From assembly GCF_035594765.1 (NCBI RefSeq), contig NW_026943824.1, forward strand, positions 15,273,839-15,337,838: a stretch of 64,000 bases of DNA, given 5' to 3'. The notes beneath the pieces were generated by a model. That model searched no databases. It was not told where the DNA came from and was given only the letters and a program-made list of their open reading frames with translations. The DNA is from Anolis carolinensis (lineage: Eukaryota). Positions within the stretch are counted from its first letter, which is position 1, and each line of letters begins with the position of its first letter. A program made the position numbers and the translations under genes. Positions 33,701-64,000 of this stretch are shown here, in pieces.

Positions 33701-35250
33701 AGCCAGTGGAGCTCCTTGAACAGGGGAGTAGATCTCTCCCTGTAACTCGCCCCCGTAATTAACTACAATACTACAATAATAATAGAATGATATATATATA
33801 CACACACACACATACATACACACACATAATTCCCATGGAACAAAACCACTGGACCAAATCACATCAAATTTGGCCACAAAAGACATAGTCATCCAATCTG
33901 CATGCGGCAGCGTGTCAGCAAAAATGGCTAGGCGTGTCGTTGCTGACACGCGTGTCATAGGTTGGCCATCACTGATATAGTACAATATAGTAATGTAATG
34001 CTTATATTGTGCTATGCTATTAATATATGGTATGTTCATTTCATTTGTAAGCCTCTCTGAGTCCCCTTCGGGGTGAGAAGAACGGGATATAAATGTAGTC
34101 AATAAATTTCAAGTTTGCAGACGACACAAAACTGGGAGGGAGAGCCAACACTCCAGAAGACAGGAGCAGAATTCAAAACGATCTTGACAGACTAGAGAGA
34201 TGGGCCAAAACTCACAAAATGAAGTTCAACAGGGACAAATGCAAGATACTTCACTTCGGCAGAAAAAATGGAAATCAAAGATACAGAATGGGGGACGCCT
34301 GGCTTGACAGCAGTGTGTGCGAAAAAGACCTTGGAGTCCTCGTGGACAACAAGTTAAACATGAGCCAACAATGTGATGCAGCAGCTAAAAAAGCCAACGG
34401 GATTCTGTCCTGCATCAATAGGGGAATAGCGTCTAGATCCAGGGAAGTTATGCTCCCCTCTATTCTGCCTTGGTCAGACCACACCTGGAATACTGTGTCC
34501 AATTCTGGGCACCACAGTTGAAGGGAGATGTTGACAAGCTGGAAAGCGTCCAGAGGAGGGCGACTAAAATGATTAAGGGTCTGGAGAACAAGCCCTATGA
34601 GGAGCGGCTTAAAGAGCTGGGCATGTTTAGCCTGCAGAAGAGAAGGCTGAGAGGAGACATGATAGCCATGTACAAATACGTGAAGGGAAGTCCTAGGGAG
34701 GAGGGAGGGAGCTTGTTTTCTGCTGCCCTGCAGACTAGGACGCAAGGGAACAATGGCTCCAAACTACAGAAAAGGAGATTCCACCTGAACATCAGGAAGA
34801 ACTTCCTCACTGTGAGAAGGGCTGTTCGACAGTGGAACTCTCTGCCCCGGACTGTGGTGGAGGCTCCTTCCTTGGAGGCTTTTAAGCAGAGGCTGGATGG
34901 CCATCTGTCGGGGGTGCTTTGAATGCGATTTCCTGCTTCTTAGCAGGGGGTTGGACTAGATGGCCCATGTGGTCTCTTCCAACTCTACTATTCTATGATT
35001 CTATGAAATAATATCAATAAAATCATCATCATCAACATCATCCTCCTCCTTCTGCCCCGGCTTTTCCAGAGTGGCTTTTTAGTGTAGCCCTCAGTGGGAT
35101 TTAGTCACTGTGAGGAAGTGGAGAGAGGCAGGCCCCGTGTCCCCTCCCCTTCGCCTCCCCTTCCAGACCTGCCAGAGCCGCAGCGAAGCCCTCCAGGGCC
35201 GCCCCTCCTCCGCCTCCTCTCCGGCCCCGCGGGCGCCGCTTCCGGCCCAT
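30732..35250 (-). CDS. TSR3: 18S rRNA aminocarboxypropyltransferase TSR3; complement(join(35169-35250,31703-31952,31397-31590,31129-31302,30974-31037,30732-30897)), 309 aa
   Basis: MGRKRR...[17 protein letters not shown]...VIDCSWAKL...[25 protein letters not shown]...[11 protein letters not shown]...[17 protein letters not shown]; phases consistent, 930 nt. The exon 1 donor (CAG|GTCTGG) is the least certain junction. Confidence 0.94.
32354..32604 (-). mobile_element. Poly(A)-tailed tRNA-derived SINE nested in a Sauria SINE
   Basis: 13-bp TSD AGAAGCTGGAGCT; same family at 41858-42122 (14-bp TSD) and about 53440-53705. Confidence 0.85.
32779..33974. mobile_element. hAT element (OC1/OposCharlie1-like termini) with a nested L2 fragment (about 33065-33742)
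   Basis: TIR CA(G/A)TGATGG(C/G)CAACCT; exact 8-bp TSD ATATAGTA. Confidence 0.8.
34108..35005 (+). mobile_element. CR1 LINE 3' fragment (RT C-terminus and tail)
   Basis: [31 protein letters not shown]; ATTCTATG tail. Confidence 0.95.
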
Positions 35251-35343
35251 CTCGGCCTCTCCCGCGCCTCTCCTCGCGCGCCCTCGCCTCTCTTCCGCTT
35301 CCGGTGAAAAGGTCTCGGAGCCACTTCCGGATTTTAGGGCAAG

Positions 35344-46512
<11,169 letters not shown>

Positions 46513-46699
46513 GCGGTAGGTTTCTGCTCATCCTTGATGGTTCAAGGAGAGCACGGGAGATGGCTGGTAAGGCTACCACCAGATTGCATTCCCAGCAAAC
46601 CTGCGAATACACTATCTTCCTCTGTACCTTGGAGAAGATGACAAGTGGACCCGGTGCTCCTCTCTTCTGATTTGGCCAAACTTATTTACCTGGAATAAT

Positions 46700-47330
46700 A
46701 ATAACCCTGTGTCCATTTCTGGGCAAAGCAATTAAGAGGGATATTGACTCTAAGCTGGAAGGGGTCCAGAGGAAGGTGACTAAAAGGATCCAAGTCCTGG
46801 AATCCCAGAATCCTCTCAGGAGCAGCTTAAAGAGCTGGGTCTGGGCTGAGAGAAGGGCAGGAAAGGAACTAAGCATTTGAAAGGATGTCCTAAGGAAGAG
46901 GGAGCTGGCTTCCTTTCTATTCTGGAGACTAAGCCTCAGTGGAGCCATGGTTCAAATTCCAGAAAAGGAGATTCTTCTTAAAGATTAGGAAGACATTCCT
47001 GACCAGATGATCTGTTCAACAGTGGAGCCCTCTGCCTCAGAGTCCAAGGGAAGCTCCTTCTTTCTCTGGAGGCTTTGAAGCAGTGGCTGGATGACCATCA
47101 GTCGGGACTGATTTGATTATATCTTATTCAATAGCAGAAGGTGGTTGAACCGGATGGTTTTGTGTATGGGAGGAGTCTCTTCTGACTAGATTCCATGCTA
47201 TGGCTATCATATCTACCTCTCAATTGCATGTATCTAGTCACTGGATGGTCATCTGTCGGGAGGGATTGGATTGTGTCTTCTTCAATGGCAGGAAGTTGAA
47301 CTGGACGGCCTTCTTTGGGCCTATGATTCT
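46700..47330 (+). mobile_element. Old degenerate CR1 3' fragment in the GNPTG 3' region
   Basis: Recognisable decayed CR1 C-terminal nucleotide motifs and ATGATTCT tail. Confidence 0.7.
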
Positions 47331-47473
47331 ACAGATCTGTTTCTCTCCATGAACTCTCTTAATGTCTGTGAGGCTGGATGGCAGTGTGCCAGGAGAGAAT
47401 GGAGAAGTAGAGTCTGGGAAAACTTTGTGCCCAAAGGACTTAGATTAGAAACTTGTTTCCCTATTCCCTCACA

Positions 47474-47479
47474 AATAAA
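47474..47479 (+). terminator. Candidate GNPTG polyadenylation signal AATAAA
   Basis: AATAAA about 960 nt after the stop, followed by TG-rich sequence; alternatives at about 47746 and 48227. Confidence 0.4.
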
Positions 47480-47926
47480 ACCTGTGAATGTATTGATGCT
47501 GCTTTGTGCTATTCCTTACCAGGCGGCTCTTGAGGGCATCGAGAATCCCTAAATGATCTTTTTACACAGTAGTGGGTGCTCTTTAGTTTTTACTCAATTT
47601 GGTCCTCGGATGTTATTGAACGACAACTCTCATCACTTTTGATTATCTGGGGATAATGGGAATTGCAACCCAACAGCACTTGAGTCTGGGGAAAAGGTGA
47701 AAGGCCGCTTTCCTTTCAGGATGATCACCCACAGCTGTATTTGCAAATAAATATCTGTATTTCTTAGTTCCTTATTGAAAAACCAGGCCTCGGGAGGTTC
47801 CACAAGGTTTGCCTTCTTAAAAAGGGGCATCGCAACTGAGCCTCTTCAGTATCACGACACCCATCAACTCAAGTCATGATGTTTGATGATGAAGAATATG
47901 GGAGTTGTAGTCCAGTATCTAAGGGC

Positions 47927-48317
47927 TGTTGGATTATGGTTGTATGTGTATGAAATGTAAATCAAATGTTTTCTGCTGTTAGGCAAGAGTGTGTGTTTCA
48001 GCAATGAAACAGTTAACAGCAGGCTAGTTTTGACTGACAGCCTGCTATGACCTATCAGGCATGATAGGAGGCCTTTGGAGGTCGGAACTTCCTTCGGACT
48101 GAGGAATGTGTTTTCTTATCTCTCCGTGTGTTGAGCTGTGCTTGCCGGAGCGAAGAGGCAATAGAAGAATGCCAGCTCAGAGCAATGGCTTTTGCTATGC
48201 TTTGTAAATATGTTTTATAGATACTGAATAAATGTTTGGACTTCAGACAACAGATGTGTTTGAGTCTGACATTGAACAGAGGAATTGGTGTGGCAAATGA
48301 TTGCAACCAATTCATCA
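47927..48317 (+). mobile_element. Possible short solo LTR between the GNPTG and ALG1 3' ends
   Basis: TGTTG...CATCA ends; flanks GGGC/GGGT; AATAAA 48227. Confidence 0.35.
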
Positions 48318-48626
48318 GGGTGCTGGAGCTGATGATTGATGGAGTTTGAAGAAACCCACCCAGCTTGCACCCTGACCTCCATGCCGACAAGGGCAACATA
48401 AAATGAGGGGCCTTGAGTTTGACACATGTGATCTATGGCCATGAAGAAATAAACAAGAGATACCTACATTCCCCAAATCCTGAACCAGCATTAAATATAA
48501 CCAGAAGGCCATAAAGGTTGGGCACCCTTCCATAAGTTTTTGACTCATGATATAAGATCACTTCTTTTTTAAGAAAAGATTTTAATTTACAAACACATTT
48601 CCAGCATTACAAATACTTAGGAACAT

Positions 48627-63638
<15,012 letters not shown>

Positions 63639-63816
63639 CTTGGAGGAAAAGGAAGCGGGAAGGCTAGAGCGGCTCTTTGGGAAAGGCCAGGAGGAGACAG
63701 CGCCCTCTGCTGGTTAGAGCTAGGAAGAGGAGAAAAGTCTACGAGAAGCAAAAAAACAACCCAATTTGGTTTATTCACACAATCATTACCACCAATTTCT
63801 CCCAATTTACATTGCA

Positions 63817-63885
63817 ATGGCAGCAATAGCTGACATAGTGGAAGCGACCAAGTTGGCCTACCTGCAGACAGCAGGAAAAGCCTGG
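63817..63885 (+). CDS. Candidate first coding exon of an unidentified gene divergent to ALG1 (MAAIADIVEATKLAYLQTAGKAW)
   Basis: Kozak context GCAATGG, 23 open codons, then a consensus donor TGG|GTAAGT at 63886. Confidence 0.4.
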
Positions 63886-64000
63886 GTAAGTAAATAAATA
63901 AATAGTCTTTATTTGCACCCTGCCACCATTTCCCCAGGAGGACTCAGGGTTGCTCACAGAAGCACCATAGTGCCACATCTGAACCATAATGCACAGTACA

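Overview
Eukaryotic, squamate genomic DNA, most likely Anolis. The repeat content supports this: Sauria SINE, CR1, L2, L1, RTE, R4/Dong, Penelope, hAT and Tc1/mariner MITEs. Five complete spliced housekeeping genes can be rebuilt by hand with GT-AG junctions and consistent phase: KCTD5 (+, 286 aa), UBE2I (+, 158 aa), TSR3 (-, 309 aa), GNPTG (+, 323 aa) and ALG1 (-, 473 aa). TSR3 and GNPTG are head-to-head with only 93 bp between their ATGs. Best leads: (1) a candidate 47-nt KCTD5 microexon or alternative last exon that swaps the C-terminus for an acidic tail; (2) a TGA in TSR3 at the position of a Trp in human TSR3, with the basic KRQR tail still in frame behind it; (3) a Pack-TIR-like composite in UBE2I intron 2 that carries DNA copied from KCTD5 intron 1, plus recurrent 42-135 bp duplications around pogo-like MITEs; (4) a solo LTR inserted within a GNPTG splice donor; (5) Penelope minimal hammerhead ribozyme motifs; (6) a candidate first exon of an unidentified gene divergent to ALG1. 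Gene names and human comparisons come from recalled sequences; no searches were run.
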